DNA of 63,973 bases from Thecamonas trahens ATCC 50062. Taxonomy: Eukaryota > Protista > Apusomonadida. The stretch lies in the NCBI RefSeq assembly GCF_000142905.1, contig NW_013657655.1:124001-187973 (forward strand), given 5' to 3'. Position numbers and translations under genes: made by a program. The notes beneath the pieces were generated by a model. That model searched no databases and was not told the origin of the DNA. It worked only from the letters and a program-made list of their open reading frames with translations. This document shows positions 9,469 through 19,439 of this stretch, one piece after another. Each line of letters starts with the position of its first letter. The stretch's first letter is position 1.

Positions 9469-11364
9469 ATGCCGCGAGAGATACTGACAGTCCAGGTGGG
9501 CCACTTTGCCAACCATGTGGCCACACACTTCTGGAATGCCCACCATGAGCGCATTGCCAGCCATGCTGCCGCCCTTGCTGCCGAAGCCGCTTCGGGCGGA
9601 GACCACGCCATGCCGTCGTCATCACCATCATCATCGTCGTCGTCACTCTCCTCCTCATCGCTGGCTCAGCACACAGGCGTGTACGAGCCAAGCGTGCTGT
9701 GGAACACTACCCATGATAGTCATGGCGTGGAAAAGTTCCGTCCGCGTGCTCTGGTCATCGATCGTAAGGCATCATGGGGCCGACTCGGTCGTGATGGCAG
9801 AGTCCATCATGATGTCGATAATCAGCTCGCTGCTCTCCGTCAGTCTGCGGAACAACTCGCATCATCGTCTACCATGCCTGGATGGGCTGGTCAGCCTGCT
9901 CAGCATCATCAACAAGTTCAGGTCTTTGGTCAGGGCGCGCCTGCCGCAAACCCCGAGGCCTACTGGTCGGATGCCATGTCGTTTGAGTACGCACCACGAT
10001 CGCTGTATGAGATCCCCGAGGTCCGCGTCAATGCTCTGACCTGGGAGGCCTATTCGGATGGTGCCGTCTTTCTCGACTCTTCGCCTGCCGAGCGGGAGGC
10101 CATTGAGGACTCCCTGTTCCGCCTCGCAGAGTCGTGCGACTCGCTGCAGGGTCTCCAGTTCCTGGCCAACACAAACTCGGGCTACGGCGGCATGGCCGCC
10201 GGCCTGGTTCAGCTTGCGTCAGACATCCTGCCCAAGGCCCCCATCCTGATGGTGGCCACCGTGCCCGAGACCGAGCTCCCGACCCATCCGCTCAAGCGCC
10301 GCCGTGCCGTTGAGCTTCGCGGCATCAACGACGCGCTCGCGCTCACCGCCACCATCGACTCGGGCGTGGCGCTGTCCCTCCCCTTTGATGTCTCCAAGTG
10401 GCTCGTTCCGGAGCGGTCGGCCGTTGTTGCCGGCAAGGCTCTCGGCACGGCGCTCGACGCCATCTCGCTGCTCTACGCCGGGCGGTCCAGCTCCATCGGC
10501 GAGGTGGCGCACTCGCTGGCGCTGACGCGGATGCTCCGAGTGGCGCAGGTCTCTTCGTCGGCCCCGCTTCCCGACGCTGTCTACACCGCCGCCCGCGCCT
10601 ACAGCGACGCTCGCCCCGGCACGCCACAGGCTGCAGAGTTGCTCCCGCTGGCGCGGCTGTACGAGGTCGAGCTGGCTGCCGGGCTGTCCGGAGCCGGGCC
10701 GGCTGATAACCCGCTCGGCCTGAGCTGGCTCGCCCGCTCCTCGCCGTCCAATCTCGGGGACCACATTGAGCAGAAGCTCCTCCGCACGGCAACGTCTCGT
10801 GCTGCAGAGGATGACGACGATCCGGCCGACGAGGCCGAGGCCGACGCCCCGGGCAGGTCCGACGCCGCCGTTGCGGACCTCTTTGCTGACGTCTACCGCT
10901 CCGCCATGGCCGAGGCCGGCGAGGCCGGCGAGCCGTCGGAGCCACCGTCTACCGCCGACCAGCTGGAGGCGCTTGTCGGCCGCAACACCGCCAGCGCCCG
11001 CGCCTTTGTCGAGCTCTCTCGCGCTGCTGCGCCGTATGCAGAGGCCATGATTCTCCGCACCTCGCATCCACGCCAGCTCTCAGTCGTCCACCGCTACCTC
11101 TCCGACTCGTACCTCGGCTACTCTCCGACCGCCCGCAAGTGGGCTAGTGCTGCAGTCACCGGTGCCTCGGACTTTACCCATCTCTCGCTCGCGGGCGACC
11201 AAGCCGAGCACATCCGCGCTCTCCGCTCGTTTGTCGTTGGCATCAACACCGCCGATCACGTTGCTTTCCTCGACGCAGACTACGGCGCTGACGACTGGCA
11301 GCATACCTTTGCCGTTCTCAACGACGTCGCCGACGCGTACGGCAACGTGCCGACCATGCAGTAG
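9469..11364 (+). CDS. MSTO1: Misato/DML1 tubulin-FtsZ-like protein
   Basis: MPREILTVQVGHFANHVATHFWN, FRPRALVIDRKASWG, YWSDAM, ESCDSLQGLQFL are Misato segment II and tubulin-like motifs. Confidence 0.9.
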   Translation: MPREILTVQVGHFANHVATHFWNAHHERIASHAAALAAEAASGGDHAMPSSSPSSSSSSLSSSSLAQHTGVYEPSVLWNTTHDSHGVEKFRPRALVIDRKASWGRLGRDGRVHHDVDNQLAALRQSAEQLASSSTMPGWAGQPAQHHQQVQVFGQGAPAANPEAYWSDAMSFEYAPRSLYEIPEVRVNALTWEAYSDGAVFLDSSPAEREAIEDSLFRLAESCDSLQGLQFLANTNSGYGGMAAGLVQLASDILPKAPILMVATVPETELPTHPLKRRRAVELRGINDALALTATIDSGVALSLPFDVSKWLVPERSAVVAGKALGTALDAISLLYAGRSSSIGEVAHSLALTRMLRVAQVSSSAPLPDAVYTAARAYSDARPGTPQAAELLPLARLYEVELAAGLSGAGPADNPLGLSWLARSSPSNLGDHIEQKLLRTATSRAAEDDDDPADEAEADAPGRSDAAVADLFADVYRSAMAEAGEAGEPSEPPSTADQLEALVGRNTASARAFVELSRAAAPYAEAMILRTSHPRQLSVVHRYLSDSYLGYSPTARKWASAAVTGASDFTHLSLAGDQAEHIRALRSFVVGINTADHVAFLDADYGADDWQHTFAVLNDVADAYGNVPTMQ

Positions 11365-11371
11365 ACCGCCG

Positions 11372-12748
11372 CTAAAAGAGCCACGTGTTGGACGAGTGCG
11401 CATACATCGCCAGCGAGAGCGTCTCCACCGCAAGCTTGCACATGGCGGGCAGCAGGCCGTACGCCACCCACCCGCGGTGGACGGCAAAGCCGTCGTAGGC
11501 CCCGAGCGAGATGATCATCGGCACCGGGCTCGAGGTGTACGATCGCAGCGACTCGCCGCCCAGACCGCGCTCCAGCCGAGAGATGTTGGCCGACACTACA
11601 TCGGCCATGAGCTCGGCACACTGCGCGAGCTTCTCCCCGGGCAGCGCCGCCACATCACCGAGGGCAAAGACATGCGGCGCAGAGTCGAGGTTGAGCGCCG
11701 GCGTGACCGTGACAAAGCCCTTGGCATCGAGCGCATGCGCAAGCGGCGCAGCATTGCCGGGTGCTGCCGGCTGCGACAGAAAGCCTGTGTTGGGCAGGAG
11801 GCCTGTGGCGACAAACACCATGTCCGACTCATACTCGATGTCGGTGCCGGCCGCGCCGAGGCGCAGCGGGTGGGGAGCGCCAGGCGCTGCTTGCGGGAGT
11901 GCCGTGATCCGATGGCCGAGCGCCAGCCGGACGCCAGACAGTGACAAACTTCGCTCGGCATACTCGGCAGCCGCGCGCGGCACCGACGGTGACGATGACA
12001 TCAGCTGGTCACCCGAGTGCGCGAGCGTCACCTCAAAGTCTGGGTACGCCTCGGCGAGCTCAGCAGCGAGCTCAACGCCGACGATGCCGCCGCCAATGAC
12101 CATGGCACGGGTGACCCGCCCAGCCACAATGGCCCGCGCTGCAGCGGCCACCCGATCAACCCGCGAGCAAGGGAGCACCCGCTCGCTCAGTGGCATGAGA
12201 TCGGCGTAGCGTGAGCCGGTAGCGATGACCAGATAATCGTAGCCGAGCTTGATGGCGGCGTCGTCGAGCACGGCGCTGGCTGGCTGAACAAGCACGAAAT
12301 CGTCCGCGACCGCCAATGCTTTGCCACACACAAATCGGGCATTTCCGTGACAGAGATAGGTTGCATGTGGGAGTGCGAGGCGGGACGCCGCGGCCGGATC
12401 GGCGACGACATGTGGGACCGACGGAGTGAACTCCCACACGTCTTTGTCGTCGACGAGAACGAGGTCAAAGTACGGCGCGAGCGATCGGGCCACACGAGCG
12501 CCCGCAAATCCCCCACCCAAAACCACAACTCTTGCCGGGCTTCCACCGGAACGAACCACAGGCGCCGTCTGGGCCCAATCGGCCCGGCCTGCGCGGACGA
12601 GCCCAGCACCGGCTCGCCCCACCACGCCCACTATGGCAAAGAAGAGCCGGAGAACGACCGAGAAGCAGACAAGCGCTACCCGAGTTGCACGCATGATGGC
12701 TATGGAGAGACGGGAGGCCCGCGAGGCGGGAGTCTGCGTCGGGAGCAT
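11372..12748 (-). CDS. AIFM2/AMID/FSP1-like FAD-dependent pyridine nucleotide-disulfide oxidoreductase with N-terminal hydrophobic segment
   Basis: Two Rossmann motifs VVVLGGGFAG and VIGGGIVGVELAAE, plus YDYLVIATGS and HVFALGD. Confidence 0.85.
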   Translation of the reverse strand: MLPTQTPASRASRLSIAIMRATRVALVCFSVVLRLFFAIVGVVGRAGAGLVRAGRADWAQTAPVVRSGGSPARVVVLGGGFAGARVARSLAPYFDLVLVDDKDVWEFTPSVPHVVADPAAASRLALPHATYLCHGNARFVCGKALAVADDFVLVQPASAVLDDAAIKLGYDYLVIATGSRYADLMPLSERVLPCSRVDRVAAAARAIVAGRVTRAMVIGGGIVGVELAAELAEAYPDFEVTLAHSGDQLMSSSPSVPRAAAEYAERSLSLSGVRLALGHRITALPQAAPGAPHPLRLGAAGTDIEYESDMVFVATGLLPNTGFLSQPAAPGNAAPLAHALDAKGFVTVTPALNLDSAPHVFALGDVAALPGEKLAQCAELMADVVSANISRLERGLGGESLRSYTSSPVPMIISLGAYDGFAVHRGWVAYGLLPAMCKLAVETLSLAMYAHSSNTWLF

Positions 12749-12883
12749 GGCCATAGTCGAGTGCGTGACCGAGGCGGGACGGTGAGCGGCGGTGGGGGGG
12801 GGCGGGGGGCGGACTGGTTGGAGGAGGGGGTTGGGGGGTGGAGGGGTTTATCAAGAGCCCGTGGGTACAAGGGTGAAATGAGG

Positions 12884-14572
12884 TTATGGCGACGGGGGGA
12901 GGTACATGTGGGGGCCATGATGCCGGCGCATGCGGTTGAACTCGCGACGAGAGTGGCGTGATCGGGTGTGGCGGATGGCAGAGACCGCCATCCGTCCCCA
13001 AGGGACGGAGAGGAGCGACTCGGGATGGATGTTCGATGGCGGAACGTTGGCGGCCCGCGCCTGCTGCACACAGCTATCGAGATGCTGGGCGTAGTCGAGA
13101 GGCTTGGTGGAGGTTCTGGGGCGGGTGTTGCTCCAGCGGTTGTGGCGTCCGTCGATGGTGGCAACCGCGAGCGGCAGGACCAGCCGTTCATCGTTGATGA
13201 TGCGGTAGCTCGAGACTCGCTTGATGGAGCCGTTGCTGGCAAGGCGCGGAGTGGACGAGGCGGACAGTGCGAATGTGATGCCTCCCTTGCTCGAGTTGCG
13301 CGCCTTTGCGCCACGGTGCGACCGATTGCGCTTGGCAACCGCGGCCGCCTGACGCTGGGCCTTGCGGACGACGTGTCCACGGACAGGATGCGACGGGATG
13401 GAGGCTTCTGACGACGCAGTTGCCAACGACGGCGATGGTGGCGGAAGCAGCGGTGCGACAATAGTCTCCGGCTTGACGGCGTTGTCGATGAGGCCGCAGA
13501 TCAGAACTTGCGGCTCGTTGACATAGCCACGGGCATAGGCAGCCGGCGTCGAGAGCTGGGTCGCCGTGTAGATGCCGACGCCGTAGGCCGAGCCGTTGAC
13601 GACGCTCACTCCGTCCCTGCCGGGCACAATGAGCCCGCGTTGAAGGATCGATGTCATGTTCTGGGCATGCGTCCCATGCGCCACCACCGACGGCATGACC
13701 CGCTTGGTGAGGGCGGTCGTCACAAATCTCTTGAGCAGGCCGGGATTGACCCGCGCAGGCTGGATCGACCTGATTGTCACCGAGTTGTTCTGCTGGGCAA
13801 ATGTCTTCTTGGCCAGCTGGACAAACTCGTTCTGGAACAGCCCCGGGGTGCGCATCGACGATGAAACTTGATGGACGGCCTTCTTGGTCAGCTCGCCGTG
13901 GCTTTCTGAAGCCGGGGCGCTCGAGGCATCATCCCTATCTGCGCCCTTGTCATCTCCGTCTACAACATCACTGCCATCCCTCTCAGCAGCCGCATCCTCG
14001 GCCTCATTCGCGTCAGCATCGCTCTGCTTGAGCGGATCGTTGAGAACCTCGACGGCGAGCCGTCGGTGCCACGGATGAGCCACGTTCTGGTAGCGGTAGC
14101 GGTAGTCGTAATAGCCCGGGTTGCGGGCGACGAAGAACCGCTCCTTGCGATTGTGGTAGCCCAAGGCCAGCTCCTCAGCATAGTCCAACGTCGGCGTTGT
14201 TGGCGTCTCGGGCTGATCATAGTGCATTGCATTCACCAAGCCATCGTCTCCCAAAGCGTCGACCTCGACACCATCAGCCTCGGCCTGCGACAGCGAGAGA
14301 GCAGTAGCAAGCGCCAGCTCGGGATCATAGCTCGACGAGGGCCGACAAGAGCCAGGCGAGCTTCCATAACCAGCAGCAAAGACATAGCCGGGAGAGACTG
14401 GCGACCAGTAGCCCGGCGAGATTGGCGAGAGAGCGGCCGAAGTGGCCGAGCCAGGTGATGATGCCCAGGCTGGACTTGCAGCAACGCCATTGACGGCCAG
14501 TCCCCCAGGAACAACCACTGGAGCAGGTCGCGGACGACCACGCAGGCCCTGTCCCTGGCCATGCCGCCGCAT
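12884..14572 (-). CDS. UIM-containing PARP-like (ADP-ribosyltransferase fold) protein
   Basis: AHGTHAQNMTSILQRGL...NGSAYGVGIYTA...AAYARG and RIINDERLVLP are PARP catalytic-fold motifs; YDPELALATALSLSQ is UIM-like. Start at 14572 is chosen; the ORF is open to 14833. Confidence 0.7.
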   Translation of the reverse strand: MRRHGQGQGLRGRPRPAPVVVPGGLAVNGVAASPAWASSPGSATSAALSPISPGYWSPVSPGYVFAAGYGSSPGSCRPSSSYDPELALATALSLSQAEADGVEVDALGDDGLVNAMHYDQPETPTTPTLDYAEELALGYHNRKERFFVARNPGYYDYRYRYQNVAHPWHRRLAVEVLNDPLKQSDADANEAEDAAAERDGSDVVDGDDKGADRDDASSAPASESHGELTKKAVHQVSSSMRTPGLFQNEFVQLAKKTFAQQNNSVTIRSIQPARVNPGLLKRFVTTALTKRVMPSVVAHGTHAQNMTSILQRGLIVPGRDGVSVVNGSAYGVGIYTATQLSTPAAYARGYVNEPQVLICGLIDNAVKPETIVAPLLPPPSPSLATASSEASIPSHPVRGHVVRKAQRQAAAVAKRNRSHRGAKARNSSKGGITFALSASSTPRLASNGSIKRVSSYRIINDERLVLPLAVATIDGRHNRWSNTRPRTSTKPLDYAQHLDSCVQQARAANVPPSNIHPESLLSVPWGRMAVSAIRHTRSRHSRREFNRMRRHHGPHMYLPPSP

Positions 14573-15248
14573 ACAGCAAGCCTCGACCTCGCGCGACCGT
14601 TGCCGAAAGAGCAGATGGGTGCAAGGCGTGGCTCCGCCACTGCGGTTTTGTCCGCCGCTGCCAACTCTGCTGACCTCACCGCCACGCACTTGAGACTTTC
14701 CATCATCCGAGATGGAAGGCAAAGGAAGCAATGAGGGATGAGGGATGGAGGGAAGGGAGCCAGTTTTGGGGTGATATCGTTGACAGAGGTATTGGGTGAT
14801 GATGTGAATGGCGAGCTTGAGTATTGCTGTCATCGCTTGGGCGCTCTGCCTCTATGACCGCGTCATCGCTGCCGTCATCGACAGTCGCTCGCCTGCCGTG
14901 TGCAGGTTCTTGGATGTGGTGAGTCTTGCGAGCGAGACCAAGAGGCAGTGAGACCGGCTGCACAGTCAAGAACGCCGACGGGAGAAAGGATCGCAGTCGC
15001 ACACCGCTGATCGGTCTCTCTCCCAACGGCGATGACCTTAAATGCGGCGAGTAGGAGGAAGAGCAATGTGTTTGGGGCGTGGCGGTGGCCCTCTCTCGTC
15101 GTGTCCCGGCAGGCGGACAATAGCCCTGCTGTGAGTTGACGTGGCACAGCGTGCGCACGCAGCGGGACAGGCATGCAGACTGAGCAAGGCAGCGCGGCAA
15201 AGACATACTTTTCTGCGCCCTGTAATCAGACGCGTTTGGTTTGCAAAG

Positions 15249-16955
15249 ATGGACCTCCCTACCTGCTCGCTGCTTGTGCTCGAGTCCAAGATCTGGACGG
15301 GTGTGGCCAAGGCGCCATGGGCGAGTGCGCTTGCAACGGCCGGCGACCGAATTATTGCTGTGGGCGATGATGGCGATGCTGTGATTGCTGCTCTGGCGCT
15401 GGCGCTTGGACTTGATGGTGCGGATGCGAGCGAGGCTGCGGTGGTTGCAGCGGGTGCTCGCGTCCTTCGTCATGTGCCGATGGTGGTCCCAGGCTTTATC
15501 GACTCGCACGTCCACTTTCTTGACGGCGGCTTTCGGCTTTCGTCGGTGCAGCTCCGTGGCGTGGCGTCCAAAGACGCGTTTGTTGCAGCAGTTGCGGCGT
15601 TTGTGGCGCGGGTGCCCGAGGGTGGGTGGATGACTGGCGGAGATTGGGAGTATGCTGCGCTGGGCGCGCTGCCAAACGCATCGTGGATCGATGAGGTGAC
15701 CGGCTCGACGCCGGTCTTTCTCTCGCAGGCCGATGGGCACATGGCGGTGGCGAACTCGGCAGCGATGGCGCTGGCAGGGATCACGGCCGAGACGGCGGAT
15801 ATCGACGGTGGAGTGATCGAGCGAGAGACGGGCTCTGGCGTGCCGACGGGGCTCTTCCGCGACAACGCCATGTCGCTGGTGCAGAACGCGATGAGCTTTC
15901 CGCCGGCGGCGGCGACGACTGCAGCACTGGAAGCAGCCATGGCGTACGTGGCCGAGCAGGGCGTGACGTCTGTGGTGGACATGGGAGTCGATGTAGGCAT
16001 TCCCAGTCAAAAGCTCGAGGGCATCGACGTGATGCGAGCGGCGCACGCCGAGGCGCGGCTGCGGACCAGGGTCTACGCCGCCATCCCGCTGCCCAAGTGG
16101 GAGCAGCTGGCACCAGGCACATCGCTGGCAGTCGAGCTGGCAGTCGAGACCAACGACTCACCGTGGCTCACCTTTGGCTCGCTCAAGGGCTTTATGGACG
16201 GCTCGCTCGGCTCGCACACGGCGCTTTTCCGCGAACCGTTCAGCGACAGCGACGATGGCTCGCGCGGGCTGGCGCTCTTTCCGCGCGAGCAAATGCGCGA
16301 CTGGATCGTGGCTGCCGACGCCGCCGGGCTGCACGTCATGGTCCATGCCATCGGCGACGAGGCAGTCTCACAGCTGCTCGACATCTTTGAGGAGGCTGTG
16401 GCCGTCAACGGTAAGCGCGATCGGCGGTTCCGCATCGAGCACGCGCAGCACTTTCTGTCGGAAGACGTGGCGCGTGCGGCGGCGCTAGGCGTCATCGCAT
16501 CGATGCAACCGACGCATGCGACCGACGACGGGCGCTGGGCCGAGGCAGTCATCGGCCAGGAGCGGTGTAAGCTAGCGTTTCCCTGGAACTCGCTCGCCAA
16601 CGCCGGCATCAAGCTTGCCTTTGGCTCGGACTGGTTCGTGGCGCCACCGCTTCCGCTCGAGGGTATCTACGCCGCAGTTGCCCGGCGAGTTGCCGGCAAC
16701 GACGGCATTGGCAAGCCGAGCTGGATTCCAGAGCAGTGTATTGATGTCGAGACTGCGCTGCGATCGTACACTGTCGACGCCGCGTACGCCACCTTTGACG
16801 AGGCCCACAAAGGCAAGCTCGCAGCAGGCATGCTCGCCGACCTGGCTTTCCTCGACACCGATCTCTTTGCCGTTGACGATGCCGAGGCCATCCGCTCCGC
16901 ACGAGTGGATCTCACGGTTGTCGGAGGGACCATTGTCTTTGATCGGAGTGGGTAG
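15249..16955 (+). CDS. Amidohydrolase 3 family (YtcJ/LAF3-like) metal-dependent hydrolase
   Basis: PGFIDSHVH, KGFMDGSLGSHTA, HAIGD, RIEHAQ, FGSDW, GMLADL motifs; intronless. Confidence 0.92.
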   Translation: MDLPTCSLLVLESKIWTGVAKAPWASALATAGDRIIAVGDDGDAVIAALALALGLDGADASEAAVVAAGARVLRHVPMVVPGFIDSHVHFLDGGFRLSSVQLRGVASKDAFVAAVAAFVARVPEGGWMTGGDWEYAALGALPNASWIDEVTGSTPVFLSQADGHMAVANSAAMALAGITAETADIDGGVIERETGSGVPTGLFRDNAMSLVQNAMSFPPAAATTAALEAAMAYVAEQGVTSVVDMGVDVGIPSQKLEGIDVMRAAHAEARLRTRVYAAIPLPKWEQLAPGTSLAVELAVETNDSPWLTFGSLKGFMDGSLGSHTALFREPFSDSDDGSRGLALFPREQMRDWIVAADAAGLHVMVHAIGDEAVSQLLDIFEEAVAVNGKRDRRFRIEHAQHFLSEDVARAAALGVIASMQPTHATDDGRWAEAVIGQERCKLAFPWNSLANAGIKLAFGSDWFVAPPLPLEGIYAAVARRVAGNDGIGKPSWIPEQCIDVETALRSYTVDAAYATFDEAHKGKLAAGMLADLAFLDTDLFAVDDAEAIRSARVDLTVVGGTIVFDRSG

Positions 16956-17096
16956 TGATGATCCGTCGGTGCAGCGTGTCCAAGCAGATGAGAGTAAACG
17001 GGGGTGCGCCTGGCAGCAGCGGATGCCCGAACGACGCGACGAGCGCACACGCCGACAGCGAGCGGAGAGGCATGACTCGACTTTGCGGAGAGTGCG

Positions 17097-17842
17097 ATGT
17101 TCGTGCAGACGGCGAGGGCTATGCGCATGTCGAGTTGGGCCCGAGGAGGTGTGCTGGAGGAGGCGCTGGAGCTGTTGGCGCCGCGGGGTGCCCGGCGTGT
17201 GGTGGACGCGGTGGAGGTTGTGGCGGGAGCGCGCGAGGCGAGCGAGGCGGGCGAGGCGGGTGAGACGGATGCTGGGGCATGGCACCGATGGTGCCGATGG
17301 CTAGAGGGCGGACAGCTGTGTCGCACTCGTCGGACTTTCTAGAAGGTCACTTTCCGGACGAGCCCATCGTGCCGGGCGTGTACCTTACCGAGGCTGCTAT
17401 TCAGACCGGAGCGGCGGCGGCTGTGGCGGCGGCCGAGGCAGTGGGTGCTCGCATCGCTGCGCTCTCGGTCTCTCGGCTGGCATCGGTCCGCTTCCGCGCT
17501 CCGGTGCTGCCGGGACATGTGCTGGAGACAGAGGTGAAGCTGACGGCCGAGGAGAGTGGCGGCGATGTCGCATCGGCCATCCACGCCGCTCTGCCGGACG
17601 GACGCATGGCCATGACGGCGGTGGCGACGATGGCGGTGGAAAGCGCTGTGGCCGCCGAAGCGGTAGTAGTGTTTAAGGCTGCTGTTGCCCGTCAGGCCGT
17701 GGAGCATCCTGAGTTGGGCGATCTGACCCAGTTTGCTGCACCTGACTCACCGGAGCTTCAACAGTGGATGGAGGACTTTCTGCCTAACTGGTCCCCGGAT
17801 ACCATCCCTGCGCGCTCTAGCGACGGCGACGGCAAGGGCTGA
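17097..17842 (+). CDS. fabZ: FabZ-type 3-hydroxyacyl-ACP dehydratase (hot-dog fold), probable mitochondrial presequence
   Basis: FLEGHFPDEPIVPGVYLTEAAIQ and VRFRAPVLPGHVL. N-terminal ORF MFVQTARAMRMSSWARG...LELLAPRGARRVVDAV joins through a frameshift at G4 17274-17277. Confidence 0.75.
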
Positions 17843-18153
17843 ACCATCCCCGCGGTATCCTGATAGAGGCAGTGGCGGGAGACGGATCCAAGCCGATCCC
17901 AAGCCTGATCTGATGTCGTGGCACCGGCCCGATTTGCGGCGAGGTGAGGCAGTGAACATGATGCGGTCTACGACCTTGTTGCCGAGCCGATGCTGTGCAA
18001 CGATTGTGGCCAGCGTTGAATGAACATGCGGCGGCACACAGCAGGCAGCGGCACACAGCAGGCGGCGGCACTCGACGACAGTCTGCGGCCGTGGGCGACA
18101 GTCTGCGGCGGCGGCAGCCACCACTGCTCTCTGTCCGCCACGTGTCACATACC

Positions 18154-18706
18154 ATGCTGACAGCACTCCGAGCACGCCGCTACAAGTTTGAGCTGTGCAC
18201 AGGACTGTACATGCTTGAGCCATGGGAGAAGGCCATCTGCTGTACGTAATATCTTTCTCCTTTTGTTGCATATGTGTGTGTGTGTGTGTGGGGGGGGGGG
18301 TGGAGGGGGTGGAGGGGGGGCGTTGCGGGCGCCATCTCCAGAGGGCCACCACCACCACCATCACCACCACCACCAAGCACCAAGCACCAAGCACCACCCG
18401 TCAAGCACATGCAATGGTACTCACATGTGTATGTATGTATGTATGTGTGTATGTGTGTATGTGTGTATGTGTATGTGTATGTGTGTAGATATCTCTATGG
18501 TGCTGGCTGTGCTGGCTGTCGGGTACTCGGTCTCTGTCGTCTATCCCCAGTATGATGCTCTGCTTGTGGCCTACACTGGCTACTCGTCCATGGACATGAC
18601 TATCATGGTCTGGAACCAGATCAAGTCCTTTGTCCAGGGCTACCTCCCTGTGGCAGACTCTGCTGCTGCCGCTGTTAAGAACGGCGCTGCTGCCGCCTCG
18701 GCTTGA
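18154..18706 (+). CDS. SPTSSA: Serine palmitoyltransferase small subunit (ssSPT-like); exon 18154-18241, intron 18242-18488, exon 18489-18706
   Basis: MLTALRARRYKFELCTGLYMLEPWEKAICY|ISMVLAVLAVGYSVSVVYP matches the ssSPT signature LYMLEPWE followed by a TM helix. Confidence 0.85.
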
Positions 18707-19439
18707 TCGTCGCCATGGTGTTGGTGGGCATAGGTGGTCGTCCCGATCACCATCACCACCACCACTATCACCACCACCACTATCACCACCTCCACCATCA
18801 CCACCTCTCCCGACCGTCAACATCATCCCACTGTACCCCACTCACCCCCATCTTGCCATCGTTGTCCTCGCCCTCGCCCTCGCCCTCGACCCGGCTCTGC
18901 TCGCCCTCGACTCGACTCGGCTCGGCTCGGCCGGGCACTGGTTGTGGATCTGTGGTTTGTGGCCGGTGGTGCGTGTCTTGCGTGTGTGACGTACCTGATG
19001 GGCATGATTAAGGCCGGTGTGTGTTACAACTGTTGTCGCTCTGCGCTCGTTCAGTTGACCACCTGCCTCCAGGCCTCTCATCTCTGTCCTCTCGTGCTCA
19101 TCTTGGCCTCCATGACCAAGTGAACTACATCATCTCCCTTCGCCCCCCCCCTCCCCCCCCCCCGCCGCTGCACCTTCTGGATCCAAATCATCGGATCCAA
19201 ATCCAAGTCGCGTATGACAATCCAAGCCATGATCCGATTCCCTTCTCACTCCCCCCCCCCTCCCCCAGCCATTCCCCTCCCCCCTCCCCCCCCCTCCCCT
19301 CCCCCCCCCCTCTTCCAGACAGGCTACGTGTGGCCTTTTGGCCAAGTGGCGCCAGAATCTTCCCACTTTCCCGCCACCCACCTCCACCCCCTCCCTCCAC
19401 CACACCAGGGAGACATACACCTCACCCAAGCCCACCCAC

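Noticed and set aside
15249-16955. Recent horizontal transfer of the intronless bacterial-looking amidohydrolase
   Set aside because: YtcJ/LAF3-like homologs occur in plants and fungi, composition matches neighbours, and many native genes here are intronless; needs a phylogeny.
18703-19123. Small ORFs downstream of the SPT small subunit
   Set aside because: Built from CAC/CTCGC simple repeats; most likely 3' UTR or intergenic.
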